A stretch of 64,000 nt of DNA from Thermodesulfobacteriota bacterium (GTDB lineage Bacteria; Desulfobacterota; Binatia; Bin18): contig OZ219926.1 of NCBI GenBank assembly GCA_964291405.2, positions 1,248,001 through 1,312,000 on the forward strand. The letters run 5' to 3'. Positions 30,066-40,381 of the stretch are shown here, piece by piece. Made by a program: the position numbers and the translations under genes. Each line of letters opens with the position of its first letter. Position 1 is the stretch's first letter. Under the pieces are notes generated by a model. The model was not told the origin of the DNA. It saw only the letters and a program-made list of their open reading frames with translations, and ran no database searches.

Positions 30066-30668
30066 ATGAAAAAAGTAGGCGGAGTGCTGGCCTGGCATCC
30101 CGAAGTGGCCATGACCCAGGAAGAGATCGACGATTTTCTGTCCGGGCGCTGGGTTGTGCGCCTGGCAACACTTGCGCGGGACGGATATCCGCACGTGACT
30201 CCGCTGTGGTACTACTGGGACGGTCAGTGTCTCTATCTCGCCCTGACCCGGAATCGACTCGCCTTCAAACACCTCAACCGCGACCCGCGCTGCTCGGCCG
30301 CCATTGATATGGATGACCGCCCGCTTATGGGTATGCGGACCAATCTGGCCAAGGCGGTGGTGATCAAAGGCAAGGCGGAAATGGTGGCGGTTGGCTCAGG
30401 GAAAACCGTGCAGATCGAGGCCGGTCCGTGGCAGGGTGAGCATACCCCGGAACACCTGCTGACCTTGCTTGCCAGACGCTATAGCCTCTCCGCACACGAT
30501 GGGGCGCTCGGCTTTAGTCACGAGGAGTTTGGCGAGCTCTTCGCTCGGCCCGAGGGACGGGACAGCCAGCTCTTTAAGGACAACGAAGGCCGCGTCATCA
30601 CAAAAATTCGACCGCAAAAGATCCAAGCCTGGGACTTCTCAAAGGCACCTATGGGCTATGTAGAGTGA
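30066..30668 (+). CDS. pyridoxamine 5'-phosphate oxidase-like split-barrel flavin/F420-binding protein
   Basis: RLATL.RDGYPHVTPLWY, L.RDPR, AWDFSK. Confidence 0.85.
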   Translation: MKKVGGVLAWHPEVAMTQEEIDDFLSGRWVVRLATLARDGYPHVTPLWYYWDGQCLYLALTRNRLAFKHLNRDPRCSAAIDMDDRPLMGMRTNLAKAVVIKGKAEMVAVGSGKTVQIEAGPWQGEHTPEHLLTLLARRYSLSAHDGALGFSHEEFGELFARPEGRDSQLFKDNEGRVITKIRPQKIQAWDFSKAPMGYVE

Positions 30669-30686
30669 CGCGCAAGGAGACATGGC

Positions 30687-31595
30687 ATGACACGTTCTTT
30701 CACAGTGGCCGCGGCCCAGCTCGGGCCGAGTTCCGACACCAAGGCCCAGACCGTCGAACGCATGGTCGCGCTGATTCAGGAAGCCGGACGGCGAGACGTC
30801 GAATTACTGACCTTTTCCGAGCTTTCCCTGACCCCGTATTTTGCCACACGGGTACGCGAAGACTGGCAGGATTTCCCTGAAGACGGCCTGCCTTCGCCGC
30901 TGACCCAGCCGCTTTTTGAGGCCGCGCGTCAGGCTGGACTGCACTGGGTCTTTCCCTTTGCCGAGCGCGAAAATGGCCGTGTCTATAATACCGCAGTTCT
31001 CATTGATCCGACCGGAGCCATTGTCCAGAAATACCGAAAGGCTCATATTCCCGGTGTGGTCGAGCCGCGGTGGGAGGGCCTCGATATTTTTGAAAAGCGC
31101 TATTTTACCGAGGGGAATCTGGGCTTTCCGGTGACAGCGTTACGGACCGGCGAGTCAGCCAAGCTGGGCATGCTCATCTGTTATGACCGGCGGTTCTCAG
31201 AGGCCTACCGGGCACTCGCGCTCGGCGGGGCTGAGCTGCTCTGCATTCCATACAATACACCCACGTTTGGCCGCCCCCGAGAAGAAGGGCATGAAACCGC
31301 CGAAATTCTCCTGCGCGCCGCAGCCATAGAGAACCAACTCTTTATTGTCGCAGCCGGAAAAGCCGGCGTTGAAGATGGCGTCGAGTATATCGGGGGCAGC
31401 GAGGTCATCTCGCCCGAGGGGAAGGTATTAGCCAAGGCCCAGACCGACGGGGATGAACTGGTCATCGCAACGATCGACCTGGATGCGATTACCCAACTCA
31501 AAGCCAAGTGGGATTTCATGCCGGACCGCCGGCCGGAGCTATACCAGCCCCTCTCAGACGAGGACGGTACACCCACAGAGTCAGCGGGAAAGTGA
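30687..31595 (+). CDS. N-carbamoyl-amino-acid hydrolase-like nitrilase family protein
   Basis: AAAQLGP, FSELSLTPYF, KYRKAHIPG, EKRYF..GNLGF, LICYDRRFSE (E-K-C triad intact). Confidence 0.85.
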   Translation: MTRSFTVAAAQLGPSSDTKAQTVERMVALIQEAGRRDVELLTFSELSLTPYFATRVREDWQDFPEDGLPSPLTQPLFEAARQAGLHWVFPFAERENGRVYNTAVLIDPTGAIVQKYRKAHIPGVVEPRWEGLDIFEKRYFTEGNLGFPVTALRTGESAKLGMLICYDRRFSEAYRALALGGAELLCIPYNTPTFGRPREEGHETAEILLRAAAIENQLFIVAAGKAGVEDGVEYIGGSEVISPEGKVLAKAQTDGDELVIATIDLDAITQLKAKWDFMPDRRPELYQPLSDEDGTPTESAGK

Positions 31596-31633
31596 GAGCA
31601 GCATTCGCGACTGCGCGTAAGACTGTGGAAGAA

Positions 31634-32659
31634 ATGACGATGAAAGCCGAGCACGACGCATCTGAACGTCGAGCGCGCTGTAGCGTGTCGGACGAAGAAA
31701 TCCCGATCCTTGATTTGGGCCCGTTTCTCGCGGGACAGGACGGGGCGGCCGAAAAGACTGCGGCGGAACTGCGCTCCGCGCTCGAGCAGATTGGTTTCTT
31801 CTATATTCTGAACCACGGTGTTGCCAGAACGCTGCGCGACCGCCTGCTTGAGCAGACCGCGGCGTTCTACCGCCTGCCGCTTGAGCGGAAGCTGCCGCTC
31901 AAGATGGACGCCTACGGGGTCGGCTATGTACCCAGGCGGGGCGAGTTGCTCAAAACCTCACCGTATTACACCGGCACGAAAAAACCCGATGTGTGTGAAG
32001 TCCTGATTCTGCAACGCGACTGGGGGCCGGGCTCGGAAGCGCGGCAGAATTCATGGCCGGACCATATGCCGCTGTTCCGGCAGGCGGTTCAGGACTTTTT
32101 TGAAGCCACGGAGGATCTCGCGATTCAGATGATGCCCTTATATGCCTTGGCACTCGGGCTTGAGCACGACTTCTTTACGCAGAAGTTTCGCAAATATAAA
32201 GCCCTCAACGCCCTGCGGGTTTCGTATATGCCGCCGGATAGGCTGGATGACGACGAGTTTCACGTCGGCCCGCATACGGACGGATCGTTCATGACTCTGC
32301 TGGCAACATCGGATCAGCTCGGCTTGGAAATTCTGTCGCCGTCCGGGCAGTGGCTGAAGATGCCGCTCATTCCAGACGCCTTTGTGGTCAACTCGGGCGA
32401 CCTGTTAACCCGCTGGTCCAACGGGCGGGTTCGTTCCACACCGCACCGTGTCATTAACACCTCGGGGGAGGACCGCTATTCGATCCCCCTCTTTGTGCAG
32501 CCCACCGCGGACACGATCATTGATTGCCTGCCGACCTGCTGCAGCCCGGACAACCCGCCCCAAGAGCCGCCTATCGCCTGTGTCGATTACCTCCGGTGGT
32601 TTATGGCAGAGAATTTTGCGCTGGGAGAGCGCAGCTACGATAGGCCGGAGTCGTCATAG
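31634..32659 (+). CDS. isopenicillin N synthase-family 2OG-Fe(II) oxygenase
   Basis: IPILDL, GFFYILNHG, HTD, NSGD...WSNG...STPHRV, RYSIP. Confidence 0.9.
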   Translation: MTMKAEHDASERRARCSVSDEEIPILDLGPFLAGQDGAAEKTAAELRSALEQIGFFYILNHGVARTLRDRLLEQTAAFYRLPLERKLPLKMDAYGVGYVPRRGELLKTSPYYTGTKKPDVCEVLILQRDWGPGSEARQNSWPDHMPLFRQAVQDFFEATEDLAIQMMPLYALALGLEHDFFTQKFRKYKALNALRVSYMPPDRLDDDEFHVGPHTDGSFMTLLATSDQLGLEILSPSGQWLKMPLIPDAFVVNSGDLLTRWSNGRVRSTPHRVINTSGEDRYSIPLFVQPTADTIIDCLPTCCSPDNPPQEPPIACVDYLRWFMAENFALGERSYDRPESS

Positions 32660-32694
32660 GTTTTTCAGGAAAGGAACAGACTGCATCTACCACC

Positions 32695-33012
32695 ATGACT
32701 CACACTCCCATCGGACGACTACGCTTGGTCGGCATTGCAGAAGGTATTTCTTTTCTCATTCTCCTCGGCATTGCCATGCCGCTGAAATATGTATGGGGAC
32801 AGCCGCTGGCGGTGCGAATTGTCGGTCTGATTCACGGCCTCCTGTTTCTCTGGTTTTGCGGCGTATTACTCAACGCAAAAGACGCGGCCGGCTGGGACCT
32901 GAAAAAGGCCGGTCGGATTCTCGTTGCCGCACTGTTGCCTTTTGGCCCCTTTGTGATTGATAGAAGCTTACGCAGAGAAGATGAGACACTGAGAGCAAAA
33001 ACACCGACCTAG
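32695..33012 (+). CDS. DUF3817 membrane protein
   Basis: AEGISFLILL.IAMPLKY, G.IHG.LF, LPFGPF. Confidence 0.9.
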   Translation: MTHTPIGRLRLVGIAEGISFLILLGIAMPLKYVWGQPLAVRIVGLIHGLLFLWFCGVLLNAKDAAGWDLKKAGRILVAALLPFGPFVIDRSLRREDETLRAKTPT

Positions 33013-33026
33013 GAAAGGAGCAAGCC

Positions 33027-33893
33027 ATGCAAACAGTCAGCAAGGAGCATATTGTCCGCACCTTTGACGCGACCCATTCGCCCGCGGCCCGTGTCCAGCC
33101 GGGAGAAGTCTTTGTCATGGAAACCAACGATCGCTTCCGGGATTGGAACGACGGCGGCCGGTGGCCTATGGAGCAGTTGTCTGTGATGACCGGCCCGGTA
33201 TGGATCGAAGGCACCCAGCCCGGTCACACCCTGGCAATCGAAGTCCTGGATATTCAGCCTGCACTGGGGTTTGGCTATGTGGTGGCGATTCCGGGCTACG
33301 GGTTGCTCAAGGACCAGGTCGAGTTTTGCAAAAAGGTCGTGCCGATTGAGGGCAACCGTATTCGCTACAGCGATACAATCAGCCTGCCGTTTATTCCGAA
33401 TATCAGTAAGATTGGTCTTGCTCCTGCCGACGAAGCCCTACCGAGTAACGCGGTTGGCGCCTTTGGCGGCCAGCTCAGCAACAGCCAGCTTGGTGTCGGT
33501 TCCACCGTATTTTTGCCAGTAAGTGTCGAGGGTGGAATGCTGACCATCGAAGATGTGCATGCCCGGATGGGCGATGGCGAGGCAACGGCGTCGGCGGTTG
33601 AGATTGCCGCAGAGGTAACGCTGCGCTGTCGCGTCGCCCACGAGTTTCCGGTGCAGCGGCCGCTGGTGATCACGCGGGATGAGGTCCTCACCATGGGCGA
33701 CGGAGAGACGATGGAGGTCGCCGCACGTCAGGCCCTGGAAGACCTGTCCGGCCTCTTAGTAGATCGTGCCGGGGTCAACCCAACCGAGGCCGCCATGCTG
33801 GCCAGTGTGGCCGCCGACCTGCGCATTTCAGAAGTGGCAGGCTCTCCGTGCCATGTGCGGGCCGCAATAGATCGGGATATTCTTAATTTATAA
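33027..33893 (+). CDS. acetamidase/formamidase family protein
   Basis: MTGPVWIEG.QPG.TL..EVLDI, FGG.L, DVHARMGDGE..SAVE. Confidence 0.85.
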   Translation: MQTVSKEHIVRTFDATHSPAARVQPGEVFVMETNDRFRDWNDGGRWPMEQLSVMTGPVWIEGTQPGHTLAIEVLDIQPALGFGYVVAIPGYGLLKDQVEFCKKVVPIEGNRIRYSDTISLPFIPNISKIGLAPADEALPSNAVGAFGGQLSNSQLGVGSTVFLPVSVEGGMLTIEDVHARMGDGEATASAVEIAAEVTLRCRVAHEFPVQRPLVITRDEVLTMGDGETMEVAARQALEDLSGLLVDRAGVNPTEAAMLASVAADLRISEVAGSPCHVRAAIDRDILNL

Positions 33894-33914
33894 GTATTCT
33901 CCCCGGCGGCTTCC

Positions 33915-34220
33915 TTAGCCTTGGGGTGGTTTGAATGCCGGCGCCATCACGGCGCTGGCATTTGTCGTAATTGCCAGACGGATATCTTTGACCGGTTTGT
34001 ACTCCGGGTCGTCCATGAATTCCTGGATTGCCTGCTCGGAGGGGAATTTGAGCACTACCACACCTTGGGCGGGCTCACCCTGGAGCGGGGTTGCTTTAAA
34101 GTCGGCCACCACGACTTCGGCCTGATACTTTGCCAGAAAAGGTAACACTCCAGGGATGTACTCCTTCTGGTACCGATCTGGGTCCGTAATCGTCTGGGTC
34201 AAAATAAAATATGCTGACAT
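33915..34220 (-). CDS. DUF1330 family protein
   Basis: ITDPDRY..Y, VVLKFPS..A...DPEY...R; GGAGG RBS. Confidence 0.88.
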   Translation of the reverse strand: MSAYFILTQTITDPDRYQKEYIPGVLPFLAKYQAEVVVADFKATPLQGEPAQGVVVLKFPSEQAIQEFMDDPEYKPVKDIRLAITTNASAVMAPAFKPPQG

Positions 34221-34242
34221 CGTTATCCTCCTTGAACGGTAT

Positions 34243-34857
34243 TTACTGTTTTGGGGCCTGCCCGAACGATCCGCTACCGGAGTCCAGAAACGCCTGCTCT
34301 TCCGGCGTGGACGTTCGTCCGAGCAGGGCATTGCGGTGCGGGAAGCGACCGAAGCGCTGAATAATAGACAGATGCTTTCGGGCCGAGCCTTGAAAATCCT
34401 CGATCAGTGCTACCCACTCCGCGGGAGCAGTCGCCAGCACGGCATCTCCCCGACGCACCGCTTCCTCCTGGAGTGCCAGGTCCTCGGCGTGCTGGAACGG
34501 CATCAAACAAAATAGTTGCTCCAGCACGCTCAAAGAAGCATAAAAGGATCGCTCAAAACCTCGCCTGGCGACGTGTTGCGCTAACGGATCAGCCGCAAAG
34601 GCTGCGGCCGTGCCGCGGTAGAGATTCCGCGGCAGTTGGTCGAGGGCGATAATCAGCGCCAGCCATCCGCGGGGACGAGATTCCCAGGACGCCAATCCGC
34701 CGGACTGGGCCTGCCTGACGAGATCGGAAAAGCGGGTTCGGATGACGGCATCGGTTTCGGGGGTGGCCTGAAACCAAAAAAGATAGCGCTCTTCGGCCTT
34801 GCGCGCGTCTGAAGCCGCATCGGCGAACCAGAACTGAAGCAGCTGTTCGGGATCCAT
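34243..34857 (-). CDS. DUF924 family protein
   Basis: LLQFWF, LDQLPRNLYRG, MPFQHAE, IQRFGRFPHRN.LLGR.ST.EE. Confidence 0.92.
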   Translation of the reverse strand: MDPEQLLQFWFADAASDARKAEERYLFWFQATPETDAVIRTRFSDLVRQAQSGGLASWESRPRGWLALIIALDQLPRNLYRGTAAAFAADPLAQHVARRGFERSFYASLSVLEQLFCLMPFQHAEDLALQEEAVRRGDAVLATAPAEWVALIEDFQGSARKHLSIIQRFGRFPHRNALLGRTSTPEEQAFLDSGSGSFGQAPKQ

Positions 34858-34868
34858 AGGCGGCCGGA

Positions 34869-35531
34869 TTATCCGCTTGGCTGGAGAACTCTGACGTTCT
34901 CCCCGTCCTGAACGAGAACGGTAGGGGCCATCCCCACAAACAGCCCCGAGTCAACAACGCCGGGAATCGAGAGGATGTCTTGTTCAAATTGGGCGAGGGC
35001 TGTAATCGTGCTGATCGCACAGTCAATAATAGCGTTACCGTTATCAGAGAGGAACACTCCAAAGTCAGTCTGGCGAGGTAGTGGGTCGCAGGACAACGCC
35101 CGGAGGTGGCGACAGCACGTCGTCACCCCAAACGGCACGACTTCAACCGGCAGCCGGCCGCGCTCTCCGAGCACAGACACCAGCTTTTCAGTCCCCACCA
35201 GAACAATGAATTTTCGGGCCGCGGCAGCCACGATCTTTTCGCGGACCAGGGCACCGCCGTAGCCTTTGATGAGGTTCAGGGCGGGATCAACCTCATCCGC
35301 ACCATCGACGGCAATATCAATACTCTCGACGGCATCAACCGTTGTGAGGGGAATACCAAGCTCCTGGGCGAGAGCCCTCGTTCCGTGGGATGTCGGGATC
35401 CCGCGGATATGTAAGCCAGCCTGTACCCGAGCGCCAAGCGCACGCACGAAGGCGCTCGCGGCCCGGCCCGTGCCCAGGCCGACAACATCTCCATCTTTCA
35501 CAAATTCGAGAGCACGTTCAGCGATGGTCAT
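34869..35531 (-). CDS. rpiA: ribose-5-phosphate isomerase A
   Basis: VGLGTG, DGADEVD, LIKGYGGAL.REK, LPVEV, DNGN.IID, PGVVDSGLF. Confidence 0.96.
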   Translation of the reverse strand: MTIAERALEFVKDGDVVGLGTGRAASAFVRALGARVQAGLHIRGIPTSHGTRALAQELGIPLTTVDAVESIDIAVDGADEVDPALNLIKGYGGALVREKIVAAAARKFIVLVGTEKLVSVLGERGRLPVEVVPFGVTTCCRHLRALSCDPLPRQTDFGVFLSDNGNAIIDCAISTITALAQFEQDILSIPGVVDSGLFVGMAPTVLVQDGENVRVLQPSG

Positions 35532-35560
35532 GCCTTGCTCTGCTATATCAGGAGAGACAT

Positions 35561-38422
35561 CTAGGCCAGGGCCTGGGTGATTGTCTCGCGCAAGGTTCGC
35601 AAGCCGGCCGGTACGTCCGACCCGAGGTGTACGCGCAGCACTCGCCGCCCCCGTTCGGCCAGCACCGCAAAGTCTCCCTGGGCCTGGAAGGATTTCAGCG
35701 TGCCAAAACTATAGCGATGGCCGGGAATGTCCAGATCCTCGGCGTCGTCTGACGTAATCTGTAGAAAAATGCCGGAGTTGGGGCCACCCTTATGCAGTTG
35801 GCCGGTGGAGTGCAGGAAGCGCGGACCAAAACCGAGGGTGGTGGCCACTTTCTTCGCGTCCCGTACGGTGCGGCGCAGGGCTTGCAACTCGGCGCAGGTT
35901 TCCTCGTTCATTTCAATATAGGCGTTGATGGCAAAATAATCGCCTGTCTGAAGCAGTCCGAGATGCGCACTGAGCAACGCCACCGCGTCCCGGCCGGCTG
36001 CCGCCTGGAGCGCTTTGGCGTTTCCTGAATCCGAGAAGAAGCGCAGGTCCCGGTCTTCTAGAAACGGCGTCTCGTCCGGCACCTGGCCGGTCTCTTCAAA
36101 CGCTGCGGTCAGCTGTCGGGTTGCCCTTTTACTGGCTTCCACGTCGGGCTGGTTAAACGCGTGAACCCCGAGCATGGCGCTGGCTACAGCCGTCGCCATT
36201 TCCCAGCGGAAAAATTCCTGACCAAGGCTGAGTGTATCTTCGAGGCTGATACGCACCACCGGCTGGCCAGCTTTTTCGAGCGCGTCCACGGCCGTATCCT
36301 GTTCGTCTGAAGGCGCGCTGTTGAGTCGAATATAGATAAAGAGCCGATCCTGCCCATAGACCTCGGGTGCGCCCAGAGGCTCTGCGTCAATCGGAATAAG
36401 CCCGTGCCCCTCCTTGCCGGTCGATTCGGCGATGAGTTGCTCCAGCCACGCGCCTAAGGCGTCGATGCCCGGCGAGGTCACGAGCGTCACCTTGTCTCGA
36501 CCGTGTTGCGCCAGGGTGCCCATAATCGTTCCCAGCGTGACACCGGGATTGACCTCGGGCGGCACACTCGCCGAGCAGGCCTGAACCATCAGGGTGGAGC
36601 GGTCCAGGAAACGTTGGACATCGATGCCCATCAGGGCGGCCGGGACCATGCCAAAATTCGATAGGGCGGAATACCGGCCGCCAATGCTTGACACCCCCGG
36701 AAAGATGGAGCGGAACTGGTGGTGTTCGGCGAGCTGTTGGAGCGGGCTGGCGGGGTCAGTAATGGCGATAAACCGCGAGCCGGCCTTGTCCGTGCCAATG
36801 GCCTGGGCAACTCGATCAAAGAAATATTGCGTAAAGGCATTCGGCTCGGTCGTCCCACCCGATTTTGAGGAGACGATAAACAGCGTCTTCCTAGAGTCGA
36901 TCTTTTGCGCACAGGCTCTGACTTGAGCCGGCACAGTCGAGTCGAGAACGAGGAGTTCGGGGTGACCGTCGATCACGCCAAAGGTGCGTTTCAAGACCTC
37001 CGGGCATAAACTCGACCCACCCATGCCAAGCAAGAGAATATACTGAAAGTCGTCGGCCTTGATCTCTTCGGCGAGCTGAGTGAGGGGGCGGATGTTCGTT
37101 CGCTGCGCCTCCACAATATCGAGCCAGCCAAGCCACTGATCCTCATCCTTGCCTGACCAGAGCTTAGGGTCCTTCTGCCATAAGCGCCGGACTTTCCCCT
37201 GTGTCCGCCATTCTTTCAGGCTGGCTTCAATGAGAGTGGAAGCGCCATCCAGACTATACGTCTGCTGGGAAAGCTCACTGCCCAGCATGGTCTGGCGCTT
37301 ACGCTCTATTGAACTGAGCAGAGTGTCGAACGGGTCAACGAATTTGCGTACGCCTTCATCCAAGAGTTGGTCGGTTGCAGCGTGCAGAGACACCCCGACC
37401 TCGGCCAGGGTACGGATGATGGTCCGTGCGTCTTCTAGGTTTTCTTCCCAATTAGTGGTCAGCCTTGGCTCGGCCCGACCTCCATCCCGAAAGGCCGTAA
37501 AGGTTTCGCCCGGTATGGTATTAACGGTGTCCGGGCCAATCAGTTCATCAACATAGAGCGTTTTGGAATAGTGCGGATTTTTCGTACTCGTGCTGGCCCA
37601 TAAGAGGCGTTGCGGGCGGGCACCGTTTGCTTCGAGGGCACGCCAGCGTTCACTGGCCATCAGGTTTTTATACGTCGCGTAGGCAATTTTTGCGTTCGCA
37701 ATGGCGACTTTCCCGAGCAGGCGCTCGATCTTGGCCTTTTGCTCGGCGCTGTCTGCGGCCTCAATAGCCTGGCCGAGTTTTTCGTCGATCAGAGTGTCGA
37801 TACGACTGATAAAAAAGCTGGCGACACTCGCCACCGTACTCAGGTCTCCACCCTTTTGAGCGAGCTGCTCCAAGCCGTCCAAATATGCCTCGGCAACCGC
37901 CTCATACGCCTCGACCGCAAAGAGCAGGGTCACATTGATATTGATCCCCTCACCGATCAACCGGGCGATGGCCGGAACGCCGGCCTGGGTGGCCGGCACC
38001 TTAATCATGACGTTGGCCCGATCGACCATTGTGTACAGGCGACGGGCTTCTTCGAGGGTCCCTTGGGTGTCATGGGCCAGATAGGGAGAGACTTCAAGGC
38101 TGACATAGCCGTCTTTGCCCTCGGTTTTTCGGTAGACCTCAGACAACACGTCCGCGGCCATCCGGATGTCCTGAAGCGCCAGACGCTCATACACGTCTAT
38201 GGCCGACCCGACCCCCTGTTCGACCAGGGCCTGCATGGGTTGATCGTAATCGGAACTGCCCGTCAGCGCCTTCTCAAAAATAGCCGGATTCGACGTCATG
38301 CCCAGGAGGCCGTCATGATCGACCATGGCCTGGAGATCACCAGAAGTGATCAGACTGCGGTGGATATTGTCATACCAGATGCTTTGACCCAATTGCTGGA
38401 CAGCAACTAATGGATTCTCCAT
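35561..38422 (-). CDS. tal-pgi: bifunctional transaldolase/glucose-6-phosphate isomerase
   Basis: Tal motifs GQSIWYD, TSNPAIF, MIKVPAT, LLWASTSTK; Pgi motifs LGMGGSSL, SSKSG.T.E, GGRYS, EQLIAESTGK, FNQPDV. Confidence 0.95.
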   Translation of the reverse strand: MENPLVAVQQLGQSIWYDNIHRSLITSGDLQAMVDHDGLLGMTSNPAIFEKALTGSSDYDQPMQALVEQGVGSAIDVYERLALQDIRMAADVLSEVYRKTEGKDGYVSLEVSPYLAHDTQGTLEEARRLYTMVDRANVMIKVPATQAGVPAIARLIGEGININVTLLFAVEAYEAVAEAYLDGLEQLAQKGGDLSTVASVASFFISRIDTLIDEKLGQAIEAADSAEQKAKIERLLGKVAIANAKIAYATYKNLMASERWRALEANGARPQRLLWASTSTKNPHYSKTLYVDELIGPDTVNTIPGETFTAFRDGGRAEPRLTTNWEENLEDARTIIRTLAEVGVSLHAATDQLLDEGVRKFVDPFDTLLSSIERKRQTMLGSELSQQTYSLDGASTLIEASLKEWRTQGKVRRLWQKDPKLWSGKDEDQWLGWLDIVEAQRTNIRPLTQLAEEIKADDFQYILLLGMGGSSLCPEVLKRTFGVIDGHPELLVLDSTVPAQVRACAQKIDSRKTLFIVSSKSGGTTEPNAFTQYFFDRVAQAIGTDKAGSRFIAITDPASPLQQLAEHHQFRSIFPGVSSIGGRYSALSNFGMVPAALMGIDVQRFLDRSTLMVQACSASVPPEVNPGVTLGTIMGTLAQHGRDKVTLVTSPGIDALGAWLEQLIAESTGKEGHGLIPIDAEPLGAPEVYGQDRLFIYIRLNSAPSDEQDTAVDALEKAGQPVVRISLEDTLSLGQEFFRWEMATAVASAMLGVHAFNQPDVEASKRATRQLTAAFEETGQVPDETPFLEDRDLRFFSDSGNAKALQAAAGRDAVALLSAHLGLLQTGDYFAINAYIEMNEETCAELQALRRTVRDAKKVATTLGFGPRFLHSTGQLHKGGPNSGIFLQITSDDAEDLDIPGHRYSFGTLKSFQAQGDFAVLAERGRRVLRVHLGSDVPAGLRTLRETITQALA

Positions 38423-38594
38423 GCTCTTCCTCGTCCTTCCCCCTCACCCCAGGCACTCATTCCTACCGGGTAGGGTCTGATATGGCATCAGCGATCTGCA
38501 CGACCCACCCTCTTCTAGCATAGCTCCTTTCTTGGCGGCAAAGGGGGCGGATTTGAGCAGCGAGCGTCGGCAGGCTATCCGCACTTACAGGGGC

Positions 38595-39119
38595 TCAGTC
38601 GGGAATATCGGATTGCGCGCCCGCGGCCTGGGCGAGCCGGCCTTCTTGCTGAGAGACGGCCTGGGGACGGTCGCGCTCTGCATCGACGATGCAGAAAAAC
38701 CCAAAGGGCTCCTCGCCATCAGCCAGAAATTGATGGGGGGTCCAGGGAGCAACGTACACGGTATCAAGCGCCTGCATCTCCCAGGCTTGATCGTTCAGTA
38801 TGACCCGCCCCTGCCCGCGCACGGCAATCACCACATGCGCGTGGGCATGTTTCTCCAAGCTGGAGTAGCCGCCCGGTTCGATCTCAAAATAGCGCAGATG
38901 AAAGCCGGTCTCTTCGGCCTGTTTACCGACCAGAACCTGACGGACAATGCTTTTCCACTCTCGTCCCGCTTCCTGGCCCTGCTTGTAGGCCTCACATTCG
39001 ACCTCGGACCAAGTGTACGGGTCATGGTCTTTTTGCGCCCGGATGAGACGACTTTTGGGAGCGGACGCCGCCCCCCTTTTCCCTTGTGGGGGCTGCCGAG
39101 TAAAACGAGGCGGGGGCAA
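38595..39119 (-). CDS. cupin domain protein
   Basis: LRYFEIEPGGYSSLEKH.HAH, PWTPHQF, PFGFFCIVD..RDRP. Confidence 0.85.
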   Translation of the reverse strand: MPPPRFTRQPPQGKRGAASAPKSRLIRAQKDHDPYTWSEVECEAYKQGQEAGREWKSIVRQVLVGKQAEETGFHLRYFEIEPGGYSSLEKHAHAHVVIAVRGQGRVILNDQAWEMQALDTVYVAPWTPHQFLADGEEPFGFFCIVDAERDRPQAVSQQEGRLAQAAGAQSDIPD

Positions 39120-39130
39120 AATGGCCTTCC

Positions 39131-40165
39131 TTAGGCAAACTCAATGATCGTCTTGAGTGAGTCTCGCGCTTCAGCCGCGTTGCGATAGGCCGCGTGGAGT
39201 TGATCGAACGGGAAACGATGGGTGATGAATTTCTCGGCCGTAATGACGCCGTCCTGAACCAGCCGAAGCGCTTCGCGGGTATCGTTCGGTCCGCAGGAAT
39301 AGCTGGGGATCAGGCGGACTTCGTTAAAATACAGATCGTTGGGCGAGAGGGTCAGCGTGTCGTCCGGTTTACTGGCCGTAAACAGCACCACGGTTCCGCC
39401 TTTGGCCGCACAGCGCAGACCCAGTTGCATGGCTTCGATCGAACCCGGTCCGACAATGACGATCTCGGCCATCTCGCCCTGGGTATATTCCCGCAGCGCG
39501 TCCTCGATATTGCCATCTTTCACCTCGTGCGGATTCAGCGTGAGATCGGCGCCGAGTTCACGCGCCTTTGTACAGCGGTATGGGACTAAATCGGTTCCAA
39601 TAATGGACCGCGCTTCGGCGTGTTTTGCCAGGGCGACGTGCAACTGCCCCATGATACCGAGTCCGATCACAAAGACACTGTCGCCGGCCTGAAACCCCGA
39701 GCGCCGTAGGGACTTGACCGCGCAGGCCGTGGGTTCGACTAAAGAGCCGTCGGCAAACGACATCTTCTCAGGCAGGCGTAAAGTATCACCGGATAAATTA
39801 TCCTTGGGCACTACGAAGTATTCAGCCATTCCACCCGGAACAATCTTTGTTGCCCGCCACGTTGGACATTGGACAAACTCGCCGCGTTGACACGCCCGGC
39901 ACGAAAAACATGGGGCGTGATGATGGACGAACACCCGGTCGCCGGCCCGAAAGTCCTCTACTCCCTCGCCGATTTCAACGATTTCACCCGCGGGTTCATG
40001 CCCAAACACCAGCGGGGCTTTTTTCTTCATATACCAACCCATCACATCGCCCGAACAAATCCCGCACGTCCGCGTCTTCACCAGCGCCTCGCCCGGTCCA
40101 ACAGCGGGGATAGGGTCGTCTTCAAAACGAATATCGGTTGAGTCATACAAACGGGCAACTTTCAT
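39131..40165 (-). CDS. zinc-dependent medium-chain dehydrogenase (sorbitol/threonine DH-like)
   Basis: CGICSGD, GHEPAG, C-x2-C-x2-C-x7-C, GLGIMG. Confidence 0.9.
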   Translation of the reverse strand: MKVARLYDSTDIRFEDDPIPAVGPGEALVKTRTCGICSGDVMGWYMKKKAPLVFGHEPAGEIVEIGEGVEDFRAGDRVFVHHHAPCFSCRACQRGEFVQCPTWRATKIVPGGMAEYFVVPKDNLSGDTLRLPEKMSFADGSLVEPTACAVKSLRRSGFQAGDSVFVIGLGIMGQLHVALAKHAEARSIIGTDLVPYRCTKARELGADLTLNPHEVKDGNIEDALREYTQGEMAEIVIVGPGSIEAMQLGLRCAAKGGTVVLFTASKPDDTLTLSPNDLYFNEVRLIPSYSCGPNDTREALRLVQDGVITAEKFITHRFPFDQLHAAYRNAAEARDSLKTIIEFA

Positions 40166-40381
40166 AGTGAACATAATGTGGGGAGTTTCCTTTCTGCCGA
40201 GTGGACCTGGACCATTATGCCAGGATGGGAATTCCCGGCAAGCCGGACGGAGTTCTTGCGACAATCCTGCGCCGTCGAGTTTGTCATAACAACAAGATGA
40301 GGCAGGGAAGGTTCTTTTCGGCCGCTCTTTTATATGGATAAAAATAGCTATAAAAATATATATTAGAGCGCAGGAGGAAAT

